Shown in pieces: positions 1 to 10,269 of a DNA stretch of 64,000 nucleotides. The notes beneath the pieces are model-generated. The model saw only the letters and a list, made by a program, of their open reading frames with translations, did not search any database and was not told the origin of the DNA. The DNA lies in the IMG/VR virus record IMGVR_UViG_3300010158_000055. One strand, 5' to 3'. Within the stretch, counting starts at the first letter, position 1; every line of letters begins with the position of its first letter. A program made the position numbers and the translations under genes. The DNA is from an uncultured virus (IMG/VR IMGVR_UViG_3300010158_000055). Lineage: Duplodnaviria; Heunggongvirae; Uroviricota; Caudoviricetes.

Positions 1-1104
1 ACGACGTTCTATCTCGGAGGCTGACTGTCCTTTAGTATTGATATGTAGACGTTTGCTTAGACCTTTGCGGCCGGGTTTTTTGCCGTTAACAAAGTTTTCG
101 TCTGTAGCATGCGTTTCACACATACCACAGTTCGGGCAAGTCATTTCCATTACTTCGGGGCTTTCATTGTGTTTCTTTTTACCAGCACAATGAGCCTTTT
201 GTGAAAATCCTTTTGGATGGCTACAATTAATACTTGATTTATATTTTTGACTCCAACCTTCCTCCACACCTTGCTTGCTACTCATTCTTTTCAACAAACT
301 CACAGCATAAACCAAATGCTGGCCAAGTTCTTTTCGTTGATCTGTTCCTGGTTTAGCATTGCTATTTTTCTGTATACTCTTTGCTAAATTTTCGGCGGCA
401 AGTGCTTGACGGGCCAAATCACCATTGGACCGATTGCCAACGATTTGATTTAAAAATCCACGCTTGCGGTTGGCTTGATTTGCACCATCAATTAGTGCCT
501 TAACAATTTTATCTATCTGTTCAGCTGTTGCTCTATCACCCACTGTGACAAACTCATCGTGGCGTGTTTCCCAATCCAAGCCTTCCTCCACACCTTGTTC
601 TTCATTCACAGCCCGGTGTTTCACATCCTTCAAGTGTGCATCAACACCCGCGGTGTTTTTTAATTTCCATTTGGCAGCGGCCTTTCGAGCAGCTTCATAG
701 GAAGTTTTGGCTGTTACTTCGCACTGACCTTTTTTTGCGTGTACACAAACATAAGCACGTTCTGCATCACTCTCGCCCAACAATTCAGCAAACTTTTCTT
801 CAGCTTCGGCAATGTTGAACACTGTCATGCCACTGGCATGGGGTCTTTCGCCGCTCATGACATCGTACTCCAACCATTCGACCACAGTTTTTAAATAGTC
901 ATTGGCTAGACTGATCTTTTCAGCGGCCCAAGCATCCAGTTCGTGCCCGTCGGGTAATTTGCCCAGTAATTGATGTAGTTTGATTGCGTTGGCAGCCGAG
1001 TGATAGCACTCTTCTCTCAGCATGTGGTGTTGTTGGCTCTTATGCATTTGATGTGCGTCATCGCCAATAAATTCGTGTTCTGTGATAAAATCTTGTGGTT
1101 TCAT
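1..1104 (-). CDS. Partial multi-module protein (runs off window start), putative virion-packaged polyprotein
   Basis: Not in ORF track. Hand translation from ATG 1104 (MKPQDFITEHEF...) stays open to base 1. Contains QGVEEG twice and Cys/His-rich modules (CSHPKGFSQKAHC, CPNCGMC). Upstream GCTAAATAC and GGAG. Confidence 0.8.
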   Translation of the reverse strand, partial: MKPQDFITEHEFIGDDAHQMHKSQQHHMLREECYHSAANAIKLHQLLGKLPDGHELDAWAAEKISLANDYLKTVVEWLEYDVMSGERPHASGMTVFNIAEAEEKFAELLGESDAERAYVCVHAKKGQCEVTAKTSYEAARKAAAKWKLKNTAGVDAHLKDVKHRAVNEEQGVEEGLDWETRHDEFVTVGDRATAEQIDKIVKALIDGANQANRKRGFLNQIVGNRSNGDLARQALAAENLAKSIQKNSNAKPGTDQRKELGQHLVYAVSLLKRMSSKQGVEEGWSQKYKSSINCSHPKGFSQKAHCAGKKKHNESPEVMEMTCPNCGMCETHATDENFVNGKKPGRKGLSKRLHINTKGQSASEIERR

Positions 1105-1138
1105 GCGTTAAACTCCAGTATATTATAGTATTTAGCAG

Positions 1139-1435
1139 CTAGATTGTAAACGATAAATCTTGACTGCTGATGCCGGCACCGTTGACAGTAAAATTTTGTG
1201 TGCTTATACAACCTTGTGTAACACATTCCTGTACTGTTAACTGATGTGTTCCCGGCTCAAGATCTACTTCAATATTTTCTTGAACATAAACACTGTATGC
1301 GGGCCAACGCCAAGTGCGTTCAGTGAGTAGATCACTGTCAACATAAACTCTATACACCGGAGCACCCTCAGCAGTAGAGTTGCAATGAACATCTACAGAG
1401 AGTGCCAATAAGGTCATCGATACGTGCCTTGCCAA
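1139..1435 (-). CDS. Hypothetical protein
   Basis: Fits minus-strand gene tiling; true start may be the second Met. Confidence 0.6.
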   Translation of the reverse strand: MARHVSMTLLALSVDVHCNSTAEGAPVYRVYVDSDLLTERTWRWPAYSVYVQENIEVDLEPGTHQLTVQECVTQGCISTQNFTVNGAGISSQDLSFTI

Positions 1436-2262
1436 AGTTGCTGAATTTTACTCTTTAACTCGGCAATTTTCTTTTGATAGTGGGGTTTGGCAGCAGAATC
1501 AATGTTGCTATCGGCAATCAAGTCCTGATAGTGGTCAATGTCATCGCGATATTTTTTAATCAAGTACACAGTGGCATCCACAGTGGGATTGCTTTCTGCC
1601 ACACCTTGTTGTACAGTTTCATCTAACACACTGCTTAATAATTTCAAAGCACGTTGGGGATTTTTTGGGTATAGTGTTTGTGCAATTTTTGCACGACCTG
1701 CAGGCGTGGCCTTTGCCCAAGCAGCACGTATTTCACTGGCACTGGTGACTCCACCTGCAAATTCCACAGTGGGCAAATAGGCCATGTAGGCATGTTGAGC
1801 CAAGGGTAGAAGATTTTTGATATTAGTAAAAGACTGCAAATAGTTGCTTACTGGTTGCCCCTTACGTGGCCCACGAGTAACCAAAGGTAATTTACCTGTT
1901 GCAGGATCAACTTTTGCTGGTTGTGGTGCTTGGTTGCGATCTTTTTCGCTACGCACAAATATCAATGCTGTAGCTGTGGGATCATAGTGATCTACAATTT
2001 CCTTTGCAGTAAAAGGACTTTTGACCTGTACAAAGTGGTCTGCTGGAACACCAGCGATGGTGGCCAATTCTTGTTTAACTGCAAAAGGTATCGGACGTTC
2101 GCTAGTATCGTTGGTAGAAGCCACATATACATCAGCTCCAGGAAATGCCCGCAGTGCGGATGTGTAAAGAGACATGTGTCCAGGAGTCCATGGATGAAAT
2201 CCCCCCGGCATTATCACAAGAGTTTTTAGAGTCGTTGCTTCAAATAAATCTGCTATGAACAT
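1414..2262 (-). CDS. Cytidyltransferase-like (HxGH nucleotidyltransferase fold) protein
   Basis: N-terminal PGGFHPWTPGH motif, TSASEIR motif; C-terminal module after QGVAES. Confidence 0.7.
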   Translation of the reverse strand: MFIADLFEATTLKTLVIMPGGFHPWTPGHMSLYTSALRAFPGADVYVASTNDTSERPIPFAVKQELATIAGVPADHFVQVKSPFTAKEIVDHYDPTATALIFVRSEKDRNQAPQPAKVDPATGKLPLVTRGPRKGQPVSNYLQSFTNIKNLLPLAQHAYMAYLPTVEFAGGVTSASEIRAAWAKATPAGRAKIAQTLYPKNPQRALKLLSSVLDETVQQGVAESNPTVDATVYLIKKYRDDIDHYQDLIADSNIDSAAKPHYQKKIAELKSKIQQLWQGTYR

Positions 2263-2291
2263 GGCAATATCCGTTTATAGCAGTATTTAGT

Positions 2292-2768
2292 TTAAATGTT
2301 TTCTAATAGAAATATGTAAAAAGGATTGGTCCACTGGAGCCGCCACTCACCGTTCCAGCCAAGATTCACACAGTTTTTAATTATTTTAGTAATTTCACCA
2401 CTGTGTTTAACCGGTTGATCAACATGATATTCACTTAGGTTATATATTAAATGTCCCAGATCAATCTCGTCAATTTCCACGCTGACAATATTTAACAACA
2501 TATCGCCAATGATTGTAAAATTGTCAGGATCTGTATACTGGTCTTTTTTAACATCATTGGCAGTTTTATTTTCCAATCTTATTTGCAACCGATTGAGTTC
2601 CACGTCAGAATCTAAATCAAATTCTACATAAAAAACTTCGTCCGTGGCCGCGTCTATTAGTGAGGATTTGACCACAGCCATGTCATTGACCAAAACACTG
2701 TATTGGGGCGGCCGATCCCAATACGTGCCGCTGAGTCCAATTCGAAAGTGTAAGGTTTCTTTTTCCAT
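2292..2768 (-). CDS. Hypothetical protein
   Basis: 158-aa ORF in operon. Confidence 0.65.
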   Translation of the reverse strand: MEKETLHFRIGLSGTYWDRPPQYSVLVNDMAVVKSSLIDAATDEVFYVEFDLDSDVELNRLQIRLENKTANDVKKDQYTDPDNFTIIGDMLLNIVSVEIDEIDLGHLIYNLSEYHVDQPVKHSGEITKIIKNCVNLGWNGEWRLQWTNPFYIFLLENI

Positions 2769-2785
2769 GTTGACCTGTTATGCTG

Positions 2786-3727
2786 TTAGTTGATTTGTGC
2801 TTGTGGTTGTCCAGCCTTGGCCATGTTGACAGCATCTTTCAGCGCCGCCGGAACACCGGATGGCAATGTGTCGCCGGATCCTGCTGGAGCAGCACCTCTT
2901 GCTTGATTGATAACATCAATCTTGCTGAGATCACCGGCAAATTCAAAGTGTCCAATGTGGTTAAGCAATACTTTACTGTGTACCCAAATTTCGCCACCCA
3001 TGTCTTGCCATCTACGACAGAACAACCAGTCTTCACTGAGATAGTGACCACGAGCGTCAATTTTACAATCGAAGATCGAGTACATCATGGGCTCGTATTG
3101 TTTACCAAGTCCTACATCATCCACATATTTTGTTTCTGGAAACTGTGCAATCATTTTTTCATACACTGCACGTTTGAACAACAAGAAACCTGTGCCTGTG
3201 GTGTCCACAGTGAAGATGTCACCTTGAATCTTAGTTTCAGGTTTTAAATTAATCACATAATTAACTGGTAATGCTTTTTTAGGATATAATCCACCAATGA
3301 CTTCTTTGTCACAGGCAATCATTTGCAAGATTGATTCTGGTTGGAAACGAATGTCTGCATCAATAAACATGAAATGTGTGGCAGTGGTGTTGGTCATCAT
3401 TTTGGCCATCAAGTTGTTTCTGGCACGAGTCACTAGGCTTTCGTTCACCATGGTGTCCAGGCTCCAATTGAGTCCTGCTTGACCTGCCAACAACACAAAA
3501 CGTAAAAAGCTGGTCATTGTGGGCTCGCTCACCATACCACCGTAGCAAGGAATACCTATGTGCAAGTGTACTCGACTGAAGTCGTAAGGAACGCCCTGGC
3601 CTTGGTTGGCCGGAACTAGCTCAGGTGGTTTTTGTGCTTGTTGTGCTTGACGTGCGGCAGCTGCTTTGATCATGGCTACTGCATCATTTTGACTGACAGG
3701 AGTGCCAGAGGATTTTTTTGTACTCAT
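2786..3727 (-). CDS. GT-A fold glycosyltransferase-like protein
   Basis: IPCY, RARNNL, FMFIDADI (DxD), GTGFLL and LSEDWLFC motifs. Confidence 0.7.
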   Translation of the reverse strand: MSTKKSSGTPVSQNDAVAMIKAAAARQAQQAQKPPELVPANQGQGVPYDFSRVHLHIGIPCYGGMVSEPTMTSFLRFVLLAGQAGLNWSLDTMVNESLVTRARNNLMAKMMTNTTATHFMFIDADIRFQPESILQMIACDKEVIGGLYPKKALPVNYVINLKPETKIQGDIFTVDTTGTGFLLFKRAVYEKMIAQFPETKYVDDVGLGKQYEPMMYSIFDCKIDARGHYLSEDWLFCRRWQDMGGEIWVHSKVLLNHIGHFEFAGDLSKIDVINQARGAAPAGSGDTLPSGVPAALKDAVNMAKAGQPQAQIN

Positions 3728-3747
3728 TGATTTCTCTCTTTAATTGA

Positions 3748-3919
3748 TTAGGCTGTGGTTGTTTCAATTTCAACAAGTGCGCCTGCACCTGCTAATTCTT
3801 GTACTACTGCTTCTAAACTGGTAACTAATTCTTCGCTCAGTGCTGTACTGATGTCATCTGAATCTTTAATTAATTTACTAATTTTAATTACTAATACGTC
3901 CTCTTGAAGTTTTGCCATG
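3748..3919 (-). CDS. Small hypothetical protein (MAKLQEDVLVIK...)
   Basis: AAGGAG RBS before ATG at 3919 and upstream GCTAAATAC; the track start at 4056 is probably too long. Confidence 0.6.
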
Positions 3920-3947
3920 TTGGGCTCCTTGAATAATATGCTAGTAT

Positions 3948-4664
3948 TTAGCCAGGCGCTGACACCATGGCATGAATATTTGATATTAATGCAGGGTTTA
4001 TTAGGCCAATAAACGTAACAATCGCTGGATCGTTGGTGTAAAAGAACACACCCCAAGTGCTTTCATACTGTTTATTCAGCATGTCTTTAGATGTTTTGCT
4101 TAGTTTAACTGTGTCGCCTAGATTTTCTAAATAGTGTAATAATTGTTGTTTAGTTTGAAGTGAATATCTACCATCGCGTACAATTACTTTGTGTGAGTAT
4201 GCCCATGGTGTTGGTGTTACAATGGCACCGCACTGTAACAATGGCACCATTTCCGGCTGTGGGTATGTGATAGATTCTATATATTTTGGATCAATCTTCA
4301 ATGCTATGGTTTTTAATGTGGCTTCATCTTGGGTATAAAATTGTATGTTGGGTTCTTCTATACGTGTTCTAACTGAGCCAGACATGCCTGTTTTGATCTC
4401 TTGAACTGTACGCAACAGCGTTAAATCTACTAGATCCAAGTTGGGAGATCTATAAAACCAACCAGTTTTACCAAAATTATATCCAGATTGAGCCATAGCA
4501 CGTCTATGTTCCAACGCCGCTTCAAGACTTGCAAGTTTTGAATCCAACAGTCTACCGCCTTCGGCATGTATTACCAAACGCCAAAGATATCTACCGTGAA
4601 ATTGCTTCACAGTGGTAGCGAGTTTGATACCCGGTTGTATTTTATTCCAGAACGATGAGTCCAT
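3948..4664 (-). CDS. Hypothetical protein
   Basis: 238-aa ORF overlapping the clpA end. Confidence 0.65.
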   Translation of the reverse strand: MDSSFWNKIQPGIKLATTVKQFHGRYLWRLVIHAEGGRLLDSKLASLEAALEHRRAMAQSGYNFGKTGWFYRSPNLDLVDLTLLRTVQEIKTGMSGSVRTRIEEPNIQFYTQDEATLKTIALKIDPKYIESITYPQPEMVPLLQCGAIVTPTPWAYSHKVIVRDGRYSLQTKQQLLHYLENLGDTVKLSKTSKDMLNKQYESTWGVFFYTNDPAIVTFIGLINPALISNIHAMVSAPG

Positions 4665-6924
4665 CGGCGTCCACTGTGGCTTGGGTTGGTACTGAGATTG
4701 ATTCGAATGTCAATGCTTCATCCACACAGTCAACAACCACTGTGGTAGATTCAGGAATCTTTTCAAATAGTATTTTTTTACTCAAGGGTACTTTGATTAA
4801 ATCGTTAATTTTACGTGCCATGGGTCTAGCACCCATTTGACTGTCATGTCCTACTCTGGCTAGATAATCTATTGCTGATTCGGTCAGTCTAACACGAATA
4901 GATTTTTCGCTGAGTAATTCATTGAGTTCATTGATGAACTTGGCTACAATCTTTTTCATACTCAGTGCATCTAGCCGATTAAACTTGCAAACTCCATCCA
5001 GTCTGTTGCGAAACTCAGGTTTAAAGAACTCCCGAACTGCTCGGTCATCTTCATCACTTCGGTTGATGTCGCCAAATCCTATGCTTTTACGTTCATTGTC
5101 GGCAGCACCTAGATTGCTGGTTAAAATAACAATACAGTTACGTGCATCGGCTTTTTTACCATTACTGCTGGTGACAACACCTTCGTCCATCAAGCTCAGC
5201 AACACATTGACAACATCCGGATGTGCCTTTTCAATTTCATCAAACAACAACACACTGTTGGAGTTTTTCTCAATATCGGATATTAATAATCCTCCGCCTA
5301 GATTGCCATCATCGTAGCCAACATAGCCGGGAGGAGCACCAATCAGTTTACTTGCGGCATGCTTTTCTTGATACTCGCTCATGTCGTAACGCAACAGTTT
5401 CATTCCAAGATTTTCACTCAGTAGTTTTGCCAACTCAGTTTTACCTGTGCCGGTGGGCCCTAAAAACAAAAAGTTGCCAATGGGCTTGTTGATTGATTTC
5501 AATCCAGCACGGCTGACATAGATCTTTTCCAATACAGTGTCCACTACCGATTCTTGTCCGTATAGGCGATTTTTAATATTGCTTTCTAAACTGTCAAGAT
5601 TTTTAATTGACTCGGTGCCGATTTGATCCACTGGGATTTTGGTAAATCTACTGATGACATCTACAATGTCACCGCGTTGTACACACCAATCAGTTTCACG
5701 TATTTTTAATCTAGCACAGGCTGAATCAATCAAATCAATGGCCTTGTCCGGCAATCGTTTATCTGTTTGATAACGTACACTCAAGTCCACAGCAGCATCA
5801 ATAGCTGAGTCGTCAATGACGCCGCCATGAAATGTTTCGAAGTGTGTGCGTAGGCCACGCAGTATATCTTTGGCCACAGCAGGTGTTGGTTCTTCCACTG
5901 TTAATCTATGGAAGCGACGCATGAGAGCACGATCTTTTTCAAAACTTTGACTGTATTCTTCCCATGTGGTTGACGCAATAACTTTGATTTGACCTTTGGC
6001 CAAGGCTGGCTTGATCATGTTAGAAAAGTCTACATTGCTTTGGCTTCCGGCTCCGGCACCACGCATTTGATGTGCTTCATCAATAAACAATATGCATTTG
6101 CCTTGAGCAATCAAAGCGGCAACGACATCTTTGAGCTTTTCCTCAAAGTCTCCGCGATACTTGCTGCCGGCCAATAGACTTCCAATGTCCAGGTTATAAA
6201 CTGTATGGTCCCGCAAATAGTCAGGAACTGCTCCATCCACTATGTTTTTTGCCAAGCCTTCGGCAATGGCAGTTTTACCAACACCGGGATCACCAATTAG
6301 TAATATGTTTGATTTATTGCGTTTGGCCAACACCTGTGCTATTTCATCAATCTCGTAATCTCTACCAATCACAGGATCAATTTTGCCCGCACGTGCCTGT
6401 GCATTCAAGTCGGTACAGTACTGTTCTAATGTTTCAGTAGATTTGATATTGACAGCACGGGCCTTACCACGCTTGGTGGAATAATTGTCATTGTAATAAT
6501 CCAATACATCTTGACGATTGTCAAGTCCATATTTTAATAAAAAATAATGTGCGTAACTGTTGTGTTCGGCAAACACACTGATGTATAAATCAATCACCTG
6601 CATGGTGGATCTGCCACTGAACAGCACTTGAGTAAATGCACGATTAAACACACGTTCCAGTGCATTGGTTTTCTTGGGTTCTGTGAACTCCACAGCACTG
6701 ACTAAGAATACCTGGTCGGATAGATAATTATCTAAATCGTTTTGTAATCCCTCAACATCTACGCCGTAACTATCTAAAAATTCACCAAACGGCTCATATG
6801 CGACTAGACTTTTTAGCAAGTGTTCCAAAGTCACATATTCGTGATTCAGTGCCCTGGCAGTGTCGCTGGCATTTTTAATAATTACTTCTATTTCAGGATT
6901 GGGTTGTATCATCCGGTCTTCCAA
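4642..6924 (-). CDS. clpA: ClpA-like ATP-dependent Clp protease ATP-binding subunit
   Basis: Clp N-domain (HEYVTLEHLL), two AAA+ domains (GDPGVGKT, GPTGTGKT), LPDKAID, FDEIEKAHPDV, GARP. Confidence 0.92.
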   Translation of the reverse strand: MEDRMIQPNPEIEVIIKNASDTARALNHEYVTLEHLLKSLVAYEPFGEFLDSYGVDVEGLQNDLDNYLSDQVFLVSAVEFTEPKKTNALERVFNRAFTQVLFSGRSTMQVIDLYISVFAEHNSYAHYFLLKYGLDNRQDVLDYYNDNYSTKRGKARAVNIKSTETLEQYCTDLNAQARAGKIDPVIGRDYEIDEIAQVLAKRNKSNILLIGDPGVGKTAIAEGLAKNIVDGAVPDYLRDHTVYNLDIGSLLAGSKYRGDFEEKLKDVVAALIAQGKCILFIDEAHQMRGAGAGSQSNVDFSNMIKPALAKGQIKVIASTTWEEYSQSFEKDRALMRRFHRLTVEEPTPAVAKDILRGLRTHFETFHGGVIDDSAIDAAVDLSVRYQTDKRLPDKAIDLIDSACARLKIRETDWCVQRGDIVDVISRFTKIPVDQIGTESIKNLDSLESNIKNRLYGQESVVDTVLEKIYVSRAGLKSINKPIGNFLFLGPTGTGKTELAKLLSENLGMKLLRYDMSEYQEKHAASKLIGAPPGYVGYDDGNLGGGLLISDIEKNSNSVLLFDEIEKAHPDVVNVLLSLMDEGVVTSSNGKKADARNCIVILTSNLGAADNERKSIGFGDINRSDEDDRAVREFFKPEFRNRLDGVCKFNRLDALSMKKIVAKFINELNELLSEKSIRVRLTESAIDYLARVGHDSQMGARPMARKINDLIKVPLSKKILFEKIPESTTVVVDCVDEALTFESISVPTQATVDADGLIVLE

Positions 6925-6945
6925 GTTAGTGCCTCGTAAAGATAT

Positions 6946-7794
6946 TTATTGAGAGATCTTAATTTGTTTAATTAAGTCTAGTTGAGCAGTTGAAAGATTT
7001 CTTGGAACTGTAATCATTATTTTAACAAGTAAATTGCCTCTTTGCGAGCTGTTTAATTGCCAGACTCCGTTGTTGGGTATTCTGAATAAATTATCGTGCT
7101 GTGCACCTGGGGGTACGGTAAGTAAAAATTTACTGCCATCGATACCGACAACTTCGGTTTCTGTACCAGTGACAGCGTCTAAACAATCAACTTCCACAGC
7201 AGTGACCACATCTAGGTCATGCAGTTCAAACCCTGGTGGAACAGCCACAGCAAATACCACATATAAATCGCCCCTGGGTAATGAATTGAAAAAATTATCT
7301 CCCAGTCCAGAATACTTGATTTGTGTACCATGAGTCACACCTCTGGGTATGGTGACTTCCACTGTTTCTCTGTGTCCGTTTGTGGTTTGAACGCTGATTG
7401 TTCGAGTTTGATCCGCCAAGGTGCTGGCCAAATCCACAGTGATTTCTATACGTAGATCTTTGTTGCGTCTTGGCTGTTGGTGTGCATGCCAGGGAGCACC
7501 ACCCCCAAAGTTAAATCCAAACTGTTGAAAAATACTTTCCATCCCTGGTGGAACACCTGAAAATGGTTGTCCATTGAAATTGAATCTGATGCCACCGGGA
7601 TTGGCTTGTTCGTGATCATACTGGGCTCTGCGATCTGCATCACTGATGACATCATAGGCTGCTTGTAATGTTTGGAATGTGGCGGTGTCTCCTCCACGGT
7701 CAGGATGATGCTGACTGGCTAATTTTCTATAAGCTCGTTTGATTTCTTCTGGGGTAGCTGATTCGTCAACCCCCAGTGTAGCGTAGTGTGTCAT
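6946..7794 (-). CDS. DnaJ/CbpA-type J-domain chaperone
   Basis: J domain with HPD, G/F-rich linker, DnaJ C-terminal domain, no zinc finger. Confidence 0.9.
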   Translation of the reverse strand: MTHYATLGVDESATPEEIKRAYRKLASQHHPDRGGDTATFQTLQAAYDVISDADRRAQYDHEQANPGGIRFNFNGQPFSGVPPGMESIFQQFGFNFGGGAPWHAHQQPRRNKDLRIEITVDLASTLADQTRTISVQTTNGHRETVEVTIPRGVTHGTQIKYSGLGDNFFNSLPRGDLYVVFAVAVPPGFELHDLDVVTAVEVDCLDAVTGTETEVVGIDGSKFLLTVPPGAQHDNLFRIPNNGVWQLNSSQRGNLLVKIMITVPRNLSTAQLDLIKQIKISQ

Positions 7795-7800
7795 ACTGCT

Positions 7801-7829
7801 AGTGTAAACGAAAACTCGGTTACAGTCAA
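7801..7829 (-). promoter_or_regulatory. Sigma70 promoter, leaderless transcript for the J-domain gene
   Basis: TTGACT-17 bp-TACACT, ATG 6 nt after the -10 box. Confidence 0.7.
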
Positions 7830-7833
7830 GTGG

Positions 7834-8373
7834 TTAGGCCTTACCGGCTATCTTTTCTTGGCTACGTCCATAAGCAGCTAATCCCAACACAGCACCCATG
7901 GCAATGTGATACAATCCTGCACCTTGCAGTGTCAGTGGGCTCCACTGACTGGTCACTGATCCATGAAATACAGCCTGCAATAAACTCCATAATATTGGAA
8001 ATACCACAAAGTCAGTGGTACAGGTAATCATGTATATAACTGCCATCATGGGGCGCCATTTACTGTTGATAAAGTTGCCAAACCCATGGCTGGTTTCAAT
8101 TGCAGAGGTGCCACCTTCTTGCATGGCCCCACCGGTACTGGCTAAATTGCTGTTGGCCTGTCCAGTGCCTGAGTAGTTATTGGTTTGAGTCATTGCACTG
8201 GAACTGGCACCAAACCCACTGCCAAAACCAGATGGAGTACTGCCAAATGACGAAGGAGCAACACTCATGCTGTTACCCATTGGCACACTTCCAAAGGCTG
8301 GAGCTGGTGTAGCGGGTACAGGTGCTACGGCTGTAGCGGCTGAGTTTGAATCTGATGGGTCTAGTTTTGGCAT
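7834..8373 (-). CDS. Putative holin (3TM gene-transfer-release-like)
   Basis: KWRP motif then hydrophobic helices ending YGRSQEK; next to spanins and endolysin. Confidence 0.6.
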   Translation of the reverse strand: MPKLDPSDSNSAATAVAPVPATPAPAFGSVPMGNSMSVAPSSFGSTPSGFGSGFGASSSAMTQTNNYSGTGQANSNLASTGGAMQEGGTSAIETSHGFGNFINSKWRPMMAVIYMITCTTDFVVFPILWSLLQAVFHGSVTSQWSPLTLQGAGLYHIAMGAVLGLAAYGRSQEKIAGKA

Positions 8374-8389
8374 ATTTTTCCTTTTATTT

Positions 8390-8689
8390 TTATTTTACGG
8401 CATCCCAAATTTGTTTTTGTTCCCGATACCACTGTTGCCAAGATTCGTATTTTTGTTTTAGTATGTAGTACTCACCAAAATTGGCATTGGCATTTTCTAA
8501 CAGATCGGTTAAGGTTTTTTTGTCTGCGGGCAAAGGAGTTAAATCATTTGCTGGTGCTGAGAGCTCTGCTGGAACCTTGGGCCACTGCATTTTTTGTGGA
8601 CTGGTTGTAGAGCATCCAAGCAGTGTCAGACAACCGACACTCAGCGTTAATACTGTCACGCTGTGCTTCAATTGCTTGATTGTTGGCAT
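8390..8689 (-). CDS. Putative o-spanin (Rz1-like lipoprotein)
   Basis: Lipobox LLGC, Pro-rich, overlaps 3' end of Rz-like gene in another frame. Confidence 0.65.
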   Translation of the reverse strand: MPTIKQLKHSVTVLTLSVGCLTLLGCSTTSPQKMQWPKVPAELSAPANDLTPLPADKKTLTDLLENANANFGEYYILKQKYESWQQWYREQKQIWDAVK

Positions 8690-9035
8690 TTGTGTTCTCC
8701 TTGATTATTTTTACTTCTTTGACAATTTTTTCTTTGATCACTGTGTTGACTTTCCCCGACTTGACTTCAGCCTCGGCCACTTTCTCTGCCATCGCTTCCA
8801 GTTCATGTTTCCAAACAGCAGTGACACCGGCGCTGCCCAACATAAAAACACCAAACAGCATAGTGGCAAATCCTAGATATTTAACAGCAACACCGGTGAG
8901 TTTTGCCTGCACAAAAGGAACAGCAGAAAGAAATCCGCTGAAAAAATATGCAACAGCACCCAGTCCAGCAATTAACGCCCAGAACTCAGCGGGTATGTTG
9001 CCAATTATGTGTTGGATTATCCAGCCAAACATCAT
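8544..9035 (-). CDS. Putative i-spanin (Rz-like)
   Basis: N-terminal TM helices then coiled-coil region, directly after endolysin. Confidence 0.6.
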   Translation of the reverse strand: MMFGWIIQHIIGNIPAEFWALIAGLGAVAYFFSGFLSAVPFVQAKLTGVAVKYLGFATMLFGVFMLGSAGVTAVWKHELEAMAEKVAEAEVKSGKVNTVIKEKIVKEVKIIKENTNANNQAIEAQRDSINAECRLSDTAWMLYNQSTKNAVAQGSSRALSTSK

Positions 9036-9655
9036 GCACTCAATACTTGAACAGCGTGATGAAAACGTGCTGTGCGATCATCTAATCCCAATAATCCACC
9101 ATTGATGACTCGAGTGGCATGTGCAACATCTCCAGCATCACTGATGGCATTTAATCCATGATGTTCCCAAAAGAAACAGGCCGATTCCACAGCACCTTCG
9201 GGTGTTTCACAATACTTTACACACTCGTCAAGTGCCATACCAATTTCTTTGGCAAACGCCACATAGTTGCTTTTGCCTGTAAGTTGTATCAAGCCACGAC
9301 CGTGAAACTTCCAACCATCGCCCGATGCTTCGGGACCATTGCCCATTCTATCACAGTAGGCACGATTGGCAATCTTTTCTGGATTGTGTTCGTATAATTT
9401 TGCTATGTCTGGGGGGAAACGCTTGGGCCATGTACCGGTTAATCCAGAGGCACGATAGTTTAAATTTTCAGTAAGTGCTGTGTAGCCACCTGATTCATGT
9501 GCTGTTTGTGCAATAAACATGGCCACACGTGAAACAGAAGTTATATTATATTTGGGGAGTTCTTTACTCAAGGCATTGTACCACTCGGTGATGTGTGGAT
9601 TGTGTGGTAATAATTGAGCTAATTGATTGGCTGTAAATGTAAATTCAAAACTCAT
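9032..9655 (-). CDS. Glycoside hydrolase family 19 endolysin
   Basis: FIAQTAHES, ENLNY, GRGLIQLTGKSNY, INGG motifs. Confidence 0.9.
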   Translation of the reverse strand: MSFEFTFTANQLAQLLPHNPHITEWYNALSKELPKYNITSVSRVAMFIAQTAHESGGYTALTENLNYRASGLTGTWPKRFPPDIAKLYEHNPEKIANRAYCDRMGNGPEASGDGWKFHGRGLIQLTGKSNYVAFAKEIGMALDECVKYCETPEGAVESACFFWEHHGLNAISDAGDVAHATRVINGGLLGLDDRTARFHHAVQVLSA

Positions 9656-9723
9656 CGAAATCTCCTAAACAGTGTTGATAAAACTATTTATCAAAATTTG
9701 AATTTTAATTTGTTACAGGTTTG

Positions 9724-10269
9724 TTATTTTAAGCCGGCTGCAATGCGTAAGCTTTCGGTGAAATCGTTGACCGGTGCTCGTGTGGTAATTTGTACTCCCG
9801 CCACAGCTCGCATTTCGTCCAAGGCCTCGCTACCAAATCTACGATGATATTCCTCACTGGTGGTGGGGATTAATTTTTTTAAACTATCAACAGTCAATGG
9901 ATTATCTGTATGATCTTTGTAGTAACGAACACGCCATTGTTCCAACTGTTGACCAGTTAGATTCATTATATCCTGCATCATCTCAATGATGTGTTCAGGC
10001 ACTGTGGAATTGCGTTCACATTCAACAAACACAATGTAATCACCGTCGTCCATTTCTCCGGAACTGACATCAGCATCAATAATCCAATCGTAACCTTTTT
10101 CAATGAAGTTTACCAAGTCAGTGGCTGGTTCTTTACCCACAACTTTAAAGCTGATCACAACAACATCTTCGTCGCGACCCAGTTTGCTCTTGAACTCGTC
10201 ACAATGCAATTCTGTGTGTACTAGACGTTTTAAATCGCCCTGTTCTAAACCTTCGTGTAATTGTGTCAT
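9724..10269 (-). CDS. Hypothetical phage protein
   Basis: 181-aa ORF starting MTQLHEG. Confidence 0.65.
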   Translation of the reverse strand: MTQLHEGLEQGDLKRLVHTELHCDEFKSKLGRDEDVVVISFKVVGKEPATDLVNFIEKGYDWIIDADVSSGEMDDGDYIVFVECERNSTVPEHIIEMMQDIMNLTGQQLEQWRVRYYKDHTDNPLTVDSLKKLIPTTSEEYHRRFGSEALDEMRAVAGVQITTRAPVNDFTESLRIAAGLK

